Positions 8,872 through 17,965 of a stretch of DNA of 64,000 bases are shown here, piece after piece. Positions within the stretch are counted from its first letter, which is position 1. Every line of letters begins with the position of its first letter. The notes below the pieces were generated by a model. The model ran no database searches and was not told the DNA's origin. It saw only the letters and a list, made by a program, of their open reading frames with translations. The stretch lies in the sequence record MK308676.1, one strand, 5' to 3'. Both the position numbers and the translations under genes were made by a program.

Positions 8872-9133
8872 CGGCATTGTCGTTGGGGCCCAGCATTTGG
8901 GCCAAGTTAAAGTAGTGCCGAAAGTCGTAGAAGTAAAGGTGAGTCCTGTTCAGGATTTTAGTTACACATTTTGGAAGAACGTCTTCTCTCGTAGAAGAAA
9001 GCAGCTAAGATGTTTACGACGTTTGGAAGTAAAAGGTTTAAATGACGGTGGTGCGAAAGCATTGGCCTGCGCTCTTAGAGATTTACATATCCAGCCGGAG
9101 ACAATAGTCTTTGACGGTGTGCTCGTGAACTAA
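8774..9133 (+). CDS. Hypothetical protein, start uncertain
   Basis: 3' part fills the gap before 9183; 5' part overlaps the previous gene. Confidence 0.5.
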   Translation: MTSLGLGGQIMPKPMKLSLNLTMAGSRLLTQHDGIVVGAQHLGQVKVVPKVVEVKVSPVQDFSYTFWKNVFSRRRKQLRCLRRLEVKGLNDGGAKALACALRDLHIQPETIVFDGVLVN

Positions 9134-9182
9134 TCTATCATAACTTACTCTCTCAGCGAATATGCTGAGAGAGGAGTTATTT

Positions 9183-9671
9183 ATGTTAGCTGAAATTGAA
9201 AAACATGTTGTTTATCTCAGTCCGACCGGCATTCGCTTTGTCGTAACTGACTTTGCATGGCATGCTCAGGACTGCAGTATCCGAATGGTTAACTATACCA
9301 ATATCGAGCCGACTCACGATAAACCTGCCTTTACTAAGTGGGTAATTGAAGAGTCATTATTCCTAAAGCAGTTCAGTGAGCCAGAAGGACCGACCCAAAT
9401 CTATCCTTGGTGCAAATCGCCTCGTCTTAGCGAAAGAGACGAGCAAATCCGCGAGAGCTTAATCTTCGGGGACTGGCATGTGTCGCCTGCCCGAACGGTC
9501 TTTGACCCTAAAACAATGAGAGAGGGGCCTGACGATGTTCACCCTAAAGAGTTATCTCGACGCCTTGGGCAAGCACAGGAAGTATCGTCCGTTGCCAAAG
9601 AGCCTAAAAGGCAGACATTACGCCGTGTACGCACGGGCTTTAAACTCGTTCCCTCAGCGAGAAAGTTTTAA
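9183..9671 (+). CDS. Hypothetical protein, N-terminus resembles DUF1653-like SH3 domains
   Basis: GAGGAG SD; Y.SP.G..FVV...A.HA.D....V.Y pattern. Confidence 0.6.
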   Translation: MLAEIEKHVVYLSPTGIRFVVTDFAWHAQDCSIRMVNYTNIEPTHDKPAFTKWVIEESLFLKQFSEPEGPTQIYPWCKSPRLSERDEQIRESLIFGDWHVSPARTVFDPKTMREGPDDVHPKELSRRLGQAQEVSSVAKEPKRQTLRRVRTGFKLVPSARKF

Positions 9672-9960
9672 AGTAAATGGGGTTTCTATCTGCACTAAGA
9701 TAGAAAGAGTAGTCATTGGGGACTATGGCGCTTATGTGGAAATAGCACCCGATAACTTCATGGGCCCAATGGATGTCGCTAAAGGACAAGAGTGGCGTTT
9801 AGATAAGGACTACATCGAGCGAGCCGGACTGAGCATTAAGTACTTGTGGTATGAGTGTTTAGGTAAGAAGCTTTACTTCCAACTGGATACCGTGAAGTAT
9901 GCCGATTATAAGCCTGGCTTTTATTACATTTCCGTACTAGATTTTGATAAGGTGAAATAA
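9535..9960 (+). CDS. Conserved phage hypothetical protein (ERVVIGDYGAYVEI motif)
   Basis: GAGGGG SD before ATG 9535; overlaps the upstream ORF by 137 nt. Confidence 0.7.
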   Translation: MFTLKSYLDALGKHRKYRPLPKSLKGRHYAVYARALNSFPQRESFKVNGVSICTKIERVVIGDYGAYVEIAPDNFMGPMDVAKGQEWRLDKDYIERAGLSIKYLWYECLGKKLYFQLDTVKYADYKPGFYYISVLDFDKVK

Positions 9961-10721
9961 TGGAACTTGTTGCACTAGAGCATATAGATAAAGAAACTTG
10001 GAACGCTATGCGCTTGCGCTTAATCGACGCTGTGGATGAGGCACCTAAGGGATGGAAGAAAGACGGCTTCCGAAATTCCCTTGCTTGTCTGACAACGGCA
10101 TTTGAGAATAGAGATTACCTGGAAGTGCGGCCAATTCATACTCGAGACAGTCTCTTTCGAACGTCCGGAGATACCGTGGACGGCGGTTACTTAACTTGGT
10201 ATGTTGAAGATGACCTTTTAGGACTACTTGTCGCAACCGAAGCAACGCAGAGTTCGCTTTACGCACATCACGGCATTAACCTAGAATACCCCTTCGTCAG
10301 TGCTGATGCGGTCACGCATCTGATAGCATCTTCGGAAGAGGACTACATAGAGTTCTTGTCTGGTGGCACAGACTATATTCGAATAGCGACCGACTTCCTC
10401 CATGTTCCAACGAAGTCACACGTAATGACCTTTACGACGTCTAACTGGGACATTCGAGAAGCTGACATTGGATTAACAACACCGCCTTATAGTAAAGTGC
10501 CTCATTTCGAAAAGCTTCGCATGTTGGAACAGGACCGCAAGAAATCGGTTGCCGTTTTACATCGCTGTATTGAAGAAAACGTACGTCTTGTCAAGCACAT
10601 GGGCCACCCTGCCGTCATTGAGTCGATTAATCTCATTGGCCTTACTAAAGACGATATGAGCTTTAAAGTTCGTTCTTGTGATGAAGTTTTCTCATGTAGT
10701 TTCCTAGAGTGGCTGGATTAG
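9960..10721 (+). CDS. Hypothetical protein (253 aa)
   Basis: TAATG coupling. Confidence 0.8.
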   Translation: MELVALEHIDKETWNAMRLRLIDAVDEAPKGWKKDGFRNSLACLTTAFENRDYLEVRPIHTRDSLFRTSGDTVDGGYLTWYVEDDLLGLLVATEATQSSLYAHHGINLEYPFVSADAVTHLIASSEEDYIEFLSGGTDYIRIATDFLHVPTKSHVMTFTTSNWDIREADIGLTTPPYSKVPHFEKLRMLEQDRKKSVAVLHRCIEENVRLVKHMGHPAVIESINLIGLTKDDMSFKVRSCDEVFSCSFLEWLD

Positions 10722-10774
10722 CGTCAAATCTAATAGACCTATAAACACCAACCTAAGAACTAAGAGGCTCCGCC

Positions 10775-12991
10775 ATGTCGTTAATACAAAGCGATGCCCC
10801 TTTCTTTATAGATACGCACGCAGACATAGACCCACATAAGTTTCTAAGTACTACGTGTGGCTATGAAGCATGGGAAATCGAATATGCTTGTGAAGCGATT
10901 GACTTTATTCTAAACGCACTACCCATGGTGCGCTGTGAAGAACACAACAACGTTGTCCGCGTCGGTGGATTCTGGGCAAGAGACTTGAACAATGACGTGC
11001 GTAAAGAATGGGGTTCTCAAAGAATCAACAACTCTATCTTTATAGATTTAAGTGCACGTCAGTTAGTCTTCCATAGTTTCTTCGCAGTAGAAGTTCTTTA
11101 CATCTTAGAAGTCTTAAAGAAAAGACAAACTAAGACGTCCAACTCGGCCATCGAAGAGATGTCCCGAGCCATCTACGAAAACACGTGGATAAAGAAAGCT
11201 CAAGAGCGTTCGCCGTTATCTATTAACTGGTCGGCCATCTCTCGAGACATGAACGTTACTCTGTTGGAATCTCAGCGTAACTTCATTGTTAACTATTCCC
11301 GTTACGTTCCTAAGATGAACCTAAACGGGATGATGTTAGCAGCTCCTCCTGGTACAGGTAAGACAATTGCCGGATTCAGTTTCTCGCTAGCAATGAGTGC
11401 TGACATCACCATCTTTGCTGTTCCTAAGAACTCACTTACTGAGGTTTGGGAAGAGACAATCAAAACGCGCTTTAAAAAGAAGCAGAAGTATTGGATAAGT
11501 ACGCGGGGCGATAACCCTACAGGTAAAGAGAAGTATATTATCTGTCACTACGAATCCCTACAGAAGCTTGTAGATATTGCTCCGCGTTTAGCAAGTAAGA
11601 ATGTCGTTATTTGGCTCGATGAGTCCCATAATTTTAATGAGGAGTCATCTACCCGTACCAATCGCTTTGTTAGTCTTTGTAAACAATCTAGAGCCGAGCA
11701 TGTAGTCTGGGCATCTGGCACACCTCTAAAAGCTATCGGTAAGGAAGCAGTACCTTTCCTTACAACAACTGACCCTCTCTTTACAGAAGCCGTTAGAAAG
11801 CCTTTCATAGGTATCTTCGGGTCGACTAAAGCTCGTGCACTCGACATACTACATAACCGTCTAACTAAGGTTACGTTTAAAGTTGAGAAAGCAACAGTCG
11901 TTAATAATGAGAAAGAAGAATACGTCACTCACATTAAGACGAAAGATTCACACCTTTATACACTAATGCAGGTCCGTCAAGACGTTAAAGCTTTTGTCCA
12001 GGAGCGTAACGTCCACTACCAAGCAGAGATGCCTGAGATTGTAAGACGAACACAAGAACTGCTTAGTAACTTCGAGACTACCCGTAAGACCCAAGAAGAG
12101 AAAGTTGCTTACCGCAATTATCGCTTTATGGTCGAAGAAGTACGTAAGGGTCTCAACATGGAACTACATAAAGACTGGCTCCCGTTGATGAAGCGCTATG
12201 AAAAAGAAGAGATAGAACCTACGATGGATATGGCTACGAAGAAAGAATTTCGTAAGCTTATCTCTCGCTACAAGTATATCGTTCTTGTTATTCGCGGAGA
12301 AGCACTAGGACTAGTAGTTACACGCAAACGAATCGATGCAATTAAGTCTTTAGTGGCTGAGTCTCCTTTTGGTAGCATTATTAACCAATCTGAGAAAAAG
12401 ACGCTTATCTTTACGTCTTATGTGGATGTAGCAAACGCAGTAAAAGATAAAGTAAAAGGTCAGGGCTTTGAGCCACTGATGGTCTATGGCAGTACTAACT
12501 TGCAGCTAACAGACATAATGACTAAGCTTAAAGAAGACCCTAAAGCCAACCCGCTTATTGCAACCTACGCTTCTCTTTCTACAGCGGTTCCCGTCATCGA
12601 GTGCAACACGGTAGTCCTCTGCGATGAGGCATTCCGCGTACACATTCGCAAACAGGCCATTTCGCGTGTCGACCGTTTAGGTCAAGATGCCAAAGTTCAC
12701 GTAGTCTCGCTTCTTTTAGATACGAGACCGGACGATAACATCACTACTCGCTCTTTAGACATCATGAAGTGGTCTAAGGAAATGGTAGACCAAATGTTAG
12801 GTGTCGATAGTGAAGACGAAGTAGAAATTGCTATGGAAAGTTGCTACGACCTCTTAGAACAGACCGAAGAATGGGAAGAAGTTCCTAGCATTGAAGGCTA
12901 CCGTGTAGAAGCGGAACCTATTCCTGAGAAAGTAGTTAACTACTCTTGCATATTTGATATTCCTCGTCGTTACTTCCAAGAAGCAGCATAA
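10775..12991 (+). CDS. SF2 (DEAD/SNF2-like) helicase, probably virion-associated
   Basis: Walker A APPGTGKT, Walker B LDESH, motif VI SRVDRLGQ; C-terminal IAMES; AAATCTAATAG motif upstream. Confidence 0.88.
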   Translation: MSLIQSDAPFFIDTHADIDPHKFLSTTCGYEAWEIEYACEAIDFILNALPMVRCEEHNNVVRVGGFWARDLNNDVRKEWGSQRINNSIFIDLSARQLVFHSFFAVEVLYILEVLKKRQTKTSNSAIEEMSRAIYENTWIKKAQERSPLSINWSAISRDMNVTLLESQRNFIVNYSRYVPKMNLNGMMLAAPPGTGKTIAGFSFSLAMSADITIFAVPKNSLTEVWEETIKTRFKKKQKYWISTRGDNPTGKEKYIICHYESLQKLVDIAPRLASKNVVIWLDESHNFNEESSTRTNRFVSLCKQSRAEHVVWASGTPLKAIGKEAVPFLTTTDPLFTEAVRKPFIGIFGSTKARALDILHNRLTKVTFKVEKATVVNNEKEEYVTHIKTKDSHLYTLMQVRQDVKAFVQERNVHYQAEMPEIVRRTQELLSNFETTRKTQEEKVAYRNYRFMVEEVRKGLNMELHKDWLPLMKRYEKEEIEPTMDMATKKEFRKLISRYKYIVLVIRGEALGLVVTRKRIDAIKSLVAESPFGSIINQSEKKTLIFTSYVDVANAVKDKVKGQGFEPLMVYGSTNLQLTDIMTKLKEDPKANPLIATYASLSTAVPVIECNTVVLCDEAFRVHIRKQAISRVDRLGQDAKVHVVSLLLDTRPDDNITTRSLDIMKWSKEMVDQMLGVDSEDEVEIAMESCYDLLEQTEEWEEVPSIEGYRVEAEPIPEKVVNYSCIFDIPRRYFQEAA

Positions 12992-12997
12992 AGATAA

Positions 12998-13023
12998 CCT
13001 CTTCTATCGAAAGATAGAAGAGG
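12998..13023 (+). terminator. Hairpin after the helicase gene
   Basis: CCTCTTCTATC-GAAA-GATAGAAGAGG, 11-bp stem; abuts the GAATCTTATG motif at 13023. Confidence 0.65.
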
Positions 13024-13055
13024 AATCTTATGAACCACACTTTAAGGAACTAACA

Positions 13056-13757
13056 ATGGCTAAGAAACTATGGCCTATTGAGTTCGGACCTTTCTATACA
13101 CCAGAGCAATTAGCTTCCATGGGCACCTTCGAAGGCAGGTACTGGGAATCGGTTGCTAAGTCAGGTAAGAAACCAATAGGTAACATGAAAAGTTGGAAGT
13201 CTTTTGAGAACGTCGTATCTTTTTCAAAGGAAGAAAGAGACCCTAAAAAGTTTAATAAGTTCGGTGTTAAGTCTCGTTCTGATTTAAGCGATTGGCGCTC
13301 TAAAGGCTGGCTGACTAAAAACTCTCCTTTTGGTCACTACCAATGGTACATTCACTTCTTCTTTGGTCGTCGAGAAATCGAACACAAAGGTAAATCGGAA
13401 GACGAATGGCAGATTGGAAGATGGCGCTCTTATATTGCGCGACATATGGGCGGTATAAAGGCAAGAGGTGGAGCTACCGACAAACAGAAGCAAGGCATGT
13501 TGCAGTGGTACTGGAACTATGAACATTCCTTTAACGAGAAGAGAATCGAAACCAACGCTAAGAAGATGGCTCGGGCCACCAAGTCAGAAATCTGCACGAT
13601 GGACGAGTTCTTAATTGAATATGGCTTTAAGAAACCGCCTAAAGAGAAAGAAGAAGTTTCTCAGGAGTCCCTAATCGTTACGACTAATCCTTGGGAAGAG
13701 TCTCGAGAAGAAGTTAAGATTATTACACCTGAAACTCACCCTAGTTTCTTTTACTAA
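13056..13757 (+). CDS. Conserved protein of unknown function (FGVKS..S.WR.KGW...WY..FFFGRR...RW..Y.ARH family)
   Basis: Trp/Arg-rich motifs; own GAATCTTATG motif and AAGGA SD (start reassigned to MAKKLW); C-terminal VSQES. Confidence 0.7.
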   Translation: MAKKLWPIEFGPFYTPEQLASMGTFEGRYWESVAKSGKKPIGNMKSWKSFENVVSFSKEERDPKKFNKFGVKSRSDLSDWRSKGWLTKNSPFGHYQWYIHFFFGRREIEHKGKSEDEWQIGRWRSYIARHMGGIKARGGATDKQKQGMLQWYWNYEHSFNEKRIETNAKKMARATKSEICTMDEFLIEYGFKKPPKEKEEVSQESLIVTTNPWEESREEVKIITPETHPSFFY

Positions 13758-13766
13758 AGATATGAT

Positions 13767-13798
13767 GTCCTCTCTGTCTCCTAGGAGACAGAGAGGAC
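13767..13798. terminator. Bidirectional terminator, perfect 32-bp palindrome
   Basis: GTCCTCTCTGTCTCCT|AGGAGACAGAGAGGAC between convergent genes. Confidence 0.8.
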
Positions 13799-13802
13799 TT
13801 TA

Positions 13803-14309
13803 TTAGTCCAGTTTAGGTAAATTGTAGATAGCCGAGAATCGATTAGTTGTAGCGTATTTGTATACTTCTGAAATGGGCTTACCTGAAGGCTTATCGTCGT
13901 CGGTGTAAAGTAAATCCATGATAACTATGGTCTTAGCGTAGGATTTACGTAGCTCTTCAATTTGACGAACATATTCCAATTCAACGGTTTTCTCATACGA
14001 ATCTTTAGAATGTACTAACTGTTCTACATCGGTCATGTCGCCTTCTTTACCTTTAGCAAAGACTTTAAATGGAGACTTGTCGTATGACGTAGCAATTAAG
14101 ATACGTTTGTCCTTTTCGTAAAGTCCTAGAGCAGTGGCGATAAAGGTATAGATTTCATCCGCTACAGCTTTATTCCAAGTACCGACGCCAATGACAATAA
14201 CTTCTCGCTTTTCGAAGGTTTCTTGTGCGCCCGCCAATGTTTCGCGGATTTTATTCATGGCCGTAACTTCTTTTAAAGAGGCATCCATGATTGGATTGGT
14301 TCTTAACAT
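13803..14309 (-). CDS. Hypothetical protein (168 aa; start MLRTNP)
   Basis: AGGAG SD before ATG 14309. Confidence 0.75.
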   Translation of the reverse strand: MLRTNPIMDASLKEVTAMNKIRETLAGAQETFEKREVIVIGVGTWNKAVADEIYTFIATALGLYEKDKRILIATSYDKSPFKVFAKGKEGDMTDVEQLVHSKDSYEKTVELEYVRQIEELRKSYAKTIVIMDLLYTDDDKPSGKPISEVYKYATTNRFSAIYNLPKLD

Positions 14310-14360
14310 TACTATTCTCCTGTTTGTTCTACATGATTTCACAGTGAAGTTATAAGGAAT

Positions 14361-14387
14361 CTGTCTCTCCTTAAAAAGGAGAGACAG
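14361..14387 (-). terminator. Terminator hairpin
   Basis: CTGTCTCTCCTT-AAA-AAGGAGAGACAG directly after the stop of 14392..15801. Confidence 0.7.
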
Positions 14388-14391
14388 GATA

Positions 14392-15801
14392 TTAAGCTAC
14401 ACCATACTTACGCAAGAATAAGCCAAGCTCATTATTTAAACGAATGACGTATTTCTCATTGGTATCTTCATGAACTACAACTGGGAGACCAATATGGATT
14501 TTCCAAGTAGCCCCAGTGTTACCGACTGCCCAAGTAGTATTAGCGGCAATTGCACCGTTCGCTTCAAAGACTTGTCCTTGGTAAACAACTAGGTCGCCAG
14601 CAGCATAGGCTTCAGACGCAACATAATCCGGAACTGGTTTACCCCACGTCGCATTGCCACGCAGAACCTTACCTCGGTCGCTAGAAGTAGGTGCAGGTAC
14701 GCTGCCTGAAGAACCACCATGGGAAGCTGTTGCTCCTTTCATAATGTTTCGTGCAGCAATAAGCGTAGAACCAATTAGCTTAATAGGTCCTACGTACCAG
14801 TTAGAGGTGTTCGAGGTTGTTGCTGTTTGGAAAGGCGTTGAAGTATTAGCTGCGTGTGAACCTATGCAGACTGCGAAGTACTCGGCATCGTCACTAATTA
14901 CAACATCGTTAGCATTGTAAGCAATGCTATCACGCCACAGGCCTCTAAATCCAGTTACGTCTTCGCCACTGACGATTGGTTTCCAGGTGTCGCCTGTCGT
15001 TCCTGGCATAAACGTGGACCGCGATGTCGCGCCATTAGCTTTCCATTGAATTCCTTTATGGAATGTCAGTGCGTCAGCAGGGTAAGCTTTACTGCCCGTC
15101 CAGCCTTCAATGACTGCTCCCCATTCGCCGTCAGACTTTAGAGCTAAGTTAGGGTCAGCCGGTAACTTAGGTACAAGCCCTGGCTTAATAACGGTTGCTT
15201 TAGAGCCATTAGGGTCGAATTGTTGGTCAGGCCATGCTTGGAAGTATGCGCGCCATTTATCCGTGTCTGTCGCACCTGGGTTATAAACAGCATCGTTAAA
15301 GTTTGTTGCTGAGGATGACGTATGGTCCGTCGTACAGATTAGGAAAAGGCCATTGCCTGCGTAAATGTAATCGCCTAACTTATAGTTAAAAGACGATTGC
15401 CAGCTACCTTTAAAGTTTTCTTCATCCGATGCGTCTAGTGCAAAGCGAATAGGTGTCCAGCGTGAAGTCTCGGTACCAATTAACGGATTAGGTAAAGGCC
15501 CATTTGCTCCGTTAGCTTTTAGATAGATGTTGCCAAAGCGAATTAAATCGCCTTTAGCGTAAACGCGAGTGCTGTCGTGCGGCGCGATGTTCAAGTCGCC
15601 TAATTCTGGTGAAATCCAGTATTGGTCAGTGTATCCCGTAATAGGAATGCGGTAAGTTGTCTCTGGTAAACTATCAGCCAAAGTAGCGGCTTTGTACATC
15701 AATCCCGTTTCATGACAAAAAACGATGCCTGGAGTTGGATGATGCGCCTTCATTTGCGCGATAGTATCTTTCATTAGACCGTTTATGGTAGAAACGTTCA
15801 T
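14392..15801 (-). CDS. Multi-repeat carbohydrate-binding (CBM5/12, ChtBD3-like) virion/fibre protein
   Basis: Five W/Y-x5-Y-xx-[G/A/N]D-x-[V/I/T]-xxx-G-xx-[YWF] repeats; two fibre-like GLVP/GSVP...G.W spacers. Confidence 0.7.
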   Translation of the reverse strand: MNVSTINGLMKDTIAQMKAHHPTPGIVFCHETGLMYKAATLADSLPETTYRIPITGYTDQYWISPELGDLNIAPHDSTRVYAKGDLIRFGNIYLKANGANGPLPNPLIGTETSRWTPIRFALDASDEENFKGSWQSSFNYKLGDYIYAGNGLFLICTTDHTSSSATNFNDAVYNPGATDTDKWRAYFQAWPDQQFDPNGSKATVIKPGLVPKLPADPNLALKSDGEWGAVIEGWTGSKAYPADALTFHKGIQWKANGATSRSTFMPGTTGDTWKPIVSGEDVTGFRGLWRDSIAYNANDVVISDDAEYFAVCIGSHAANTSTPFQTATTSNTSNWYVGPIKLIGSTLIAARNIMKGATASHGGSSGSVPAPTSSDRGKVLRGNATWGKPVPDYVASEAYAAGDLVVYQGQVFEANGAIAANTTWAVGNTGATWKIHIGLPVVVHEDTNEKYVIRLNNELGLFLRKYGVA

Positions 15802-15962
15802 AGTTAAAAAATCCTTATAAGTGCACTATAGGGGTCATTAAATTAGTCCGCTCTAAATAAACTCGTTTATTTAATGGCGACAAATCTTCTAGAGTATGAC
15901 CAACATTTATATAACAAAAAACATACCTTTTCACCACACCTTTCCTGTAAGGGGAATAAAAG

Positions 15963-17009
15963 ATGACAAGTAAAAAAGTAAGAAGCATGGCTTGGTTCCG
16001 TGATTACTTTTCAGATGCTAATTCTGGAGTAGAGAATGGGATACCTGACGGTTTCGAAATCACAAGTGAAAACGGTGCATTTACCATCGTTAAAATTGTA
16101 GGCGAGGACAGACACGTTCTTGGCTCCATGGGTATGGAAGAAAGCTTCTTCCGAGACTCCATACGTACGGGTTCTTCTTCCGTACAAGTAGGTGGTCGAC
16201 ACTCCATGGGGTCGGCAGGTGAAAATGCCGGCTTCATTAATCTACATACAAACATTTTTTACCATCCGGGATTATGGCACGGAATAGGCATCGATGGAGA
16301 AGACGACTATTTAGAAACCACTCGACATCTAGAAAAACTAGAAGAAGTGCAAACGGACGCGGGCGGCTACGGTAGTCTCTTTATCGATTACAACTTTTTA
16401 GCTAATCCGTTCTCTTTTAATTTCTGTCTTCATCGCGTCAAGTTTTGGCCTGAGGCGTACCGCGGTCGCATTGTTTGGGAAACCATAATGGATGGCGGTG
16501 AGGTATCGAAGGCTTATGCAGACATTGATACTGATGGAAACACAGAATATGTCTTGCAGTTACCGTATCCGATTTTTGTCCCCAAAGGTAAAGCGGTTAT
16601 TTATCGTGTAACAAAAGAAAACGGCGCATATCTAAGAATAAAGAACGGGGATACTGACCCAGCCGTAGGTATGCGTACTGGCTATCTAAGACGATACGAT
16701 GACTACCAGGCGATTAATGGCTATTGTTTTATAACTGCTTCTGGAGATTATCTCCATAATGCACATCACTTGGTAGATGCTTCGGGCGGTGCCATTGTTG
16801 TCGACGTTGAAGACAATAAACATTTAGCGGCGTTCTCAATTAGGGACGCTAACGGCACCATAGGCGGTGCCAACACTTTAGAAATACAGTTCGGCGGACA
16901 AGGTTCTGTTAACATTGTTAACCCTAATCACTATTATACTTTTGTTAAGGATAAAGCAGGCGAGTGGTGGGCACTCAATGAAATTACCGGAGTCAACCGA
17001 AAAGTTTAA
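15963..17009 (+). CDS. Putative virion/fibre-associated protein
   Basis: First gene of the fibre operon; AAATCTTCTAG motif at 15882; N-terminal RSMAWFR. Confidence 0.6.
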   Translation: MTSKKVRSMAWFRDYFSDANSGVENGIPDGFEITSENGAFTIVKIVGEDRHVLGSMGMEESFFRDSIRTGSSSVQVGGRHSMGSAGENAGFINLHTNIFYHPGLWHGIGIDGEDDYLETTRHLEKLEEVQTDAGGYGSLFIDYNFLANPFSFNFCLHRVKFWPEAYRGRIVWETIMDGGEVSKAYADIDTDGNTEYVLQLPYPIFVPKGKAVIYRVTKENGAYLRIKNGDTDPAVGMRTGYLRRYDDYQAINGYCFITASGDYLHNAHHLVDASGGAIVVDVEDNKHLAAFSIRDANGTIGGANTLEIQFGGQGSVNIVNPNHYYTFVKDKAGEWWALNEITGVNRKV

Positions 17010-17032
17010 CCCTGTAAAAACGGAGTCGGTCC

Positions 17033-17956
17033 ATGACAGACACTATTATTATTACCTTAGGGGCTGATGTAAAAGCAGCCCAAGATACTGTAGGCGATGC
17101 GGACAGTGGACTGGTAAAGCAAGTTAATGACCTTTCCGGTCAATCCACTTCTTTTCTCGTTGACCGAAGTGACAGCAGTCAAAATTTGGACACTTACCTT
17201 TCCCCAGGACGGTTTTATTTAAGTGCCGTCGATGACGCCCCATCCGCACTAGACGGTATATCGGAGTTTATTCTTAGCGTTAAGTCTGGACCTGTCGATG
17301 AAGACCATTATGTCGTTCAAGAAATTTCAGGTCTTAACAATTCGGACAATGCGCCAAAGCTCACCAGAACTATTTTTGTAAATGCCGATGGCAGTTTAGG
17401 CCTAATCGGCTCATGGCGAGGCGTAGGCACAACCGTCGACATGGAAACTGCCATTGCTAGCCTAGATATTAAAACGCGTTATCCCGAAGTTACTGTCGGC
17501 AAACAATGGTCTTCTACTGAAACAGACGACTATGCAGATATTTTAGTGGGCCAAGAACTTTCCCCTAATTATACCGGCATTACTTTTGATTTGGAACTAC
17601 GTACTCGTTTAAACGGCGGAGATTATCAGTGGGCTCTTTATGCTACTCCGTCGGGTGGGTCGGTTAACACAACATGTTGGTTTGCGAGAACCAGTGACCT
17701 GGGCACAGGTGGCGGTACACAGCGCGAAGCTATGACTAGCTATGTTAAGTTCAACCGTAACCAAAACTCGCGAGTGGCTGTAACGGGCTGGCAAGATATC
17801 GACAACCCTACAATCTTTACCTTAGTAGTTTCTCGCCACGGTAGTACCGACCCTGACGCTACGATTATTAAGGGTGAGTACATGTTTAACGATTCGGACT
17901 ACGGAATACTTAACTTCCGTGTTGTGGGCGTTAATGAAAACAACATAACGATATAA
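17033..17956 (+). CDS. Tail-fibre/receptor-binding paralog 1
   Basis: Conserved N-terminus DTIIITLGAD...VGD..SGLVKQVNDL, a (D/N)L...PG.FY...AP fibre repeat, then a unique C-terminus. Confidence 0.65.
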   Translation: MTDTIIITLGADVKAAQDTVGDADSGLVKQVNDLSGQSTSFLVDRSDSSQNLDTYLSPGRFYLSAVDDAPSALDGISEFILSVKSGPVDEDHYVVQEISGLNNSDNAPKLTRTIFVNADGSLGLIGSWRGVGTTVDMETAIASLDIKTRYPEVTVGKQWSSTETDDYADILVGQELSPNYTGITFDLELRTRLNGGDYQWALYATPSGGSVNTTCWFARTSDLGTGGGTQREAMTSYVKFNRNQNSRVAVTGWQDIDNPTIFTLVVSRHGSTDPDATIIKGEYMFNDSDYGILNFRVVGVNENNITI

Positions 17957-17965
17957 GGAAGCATC

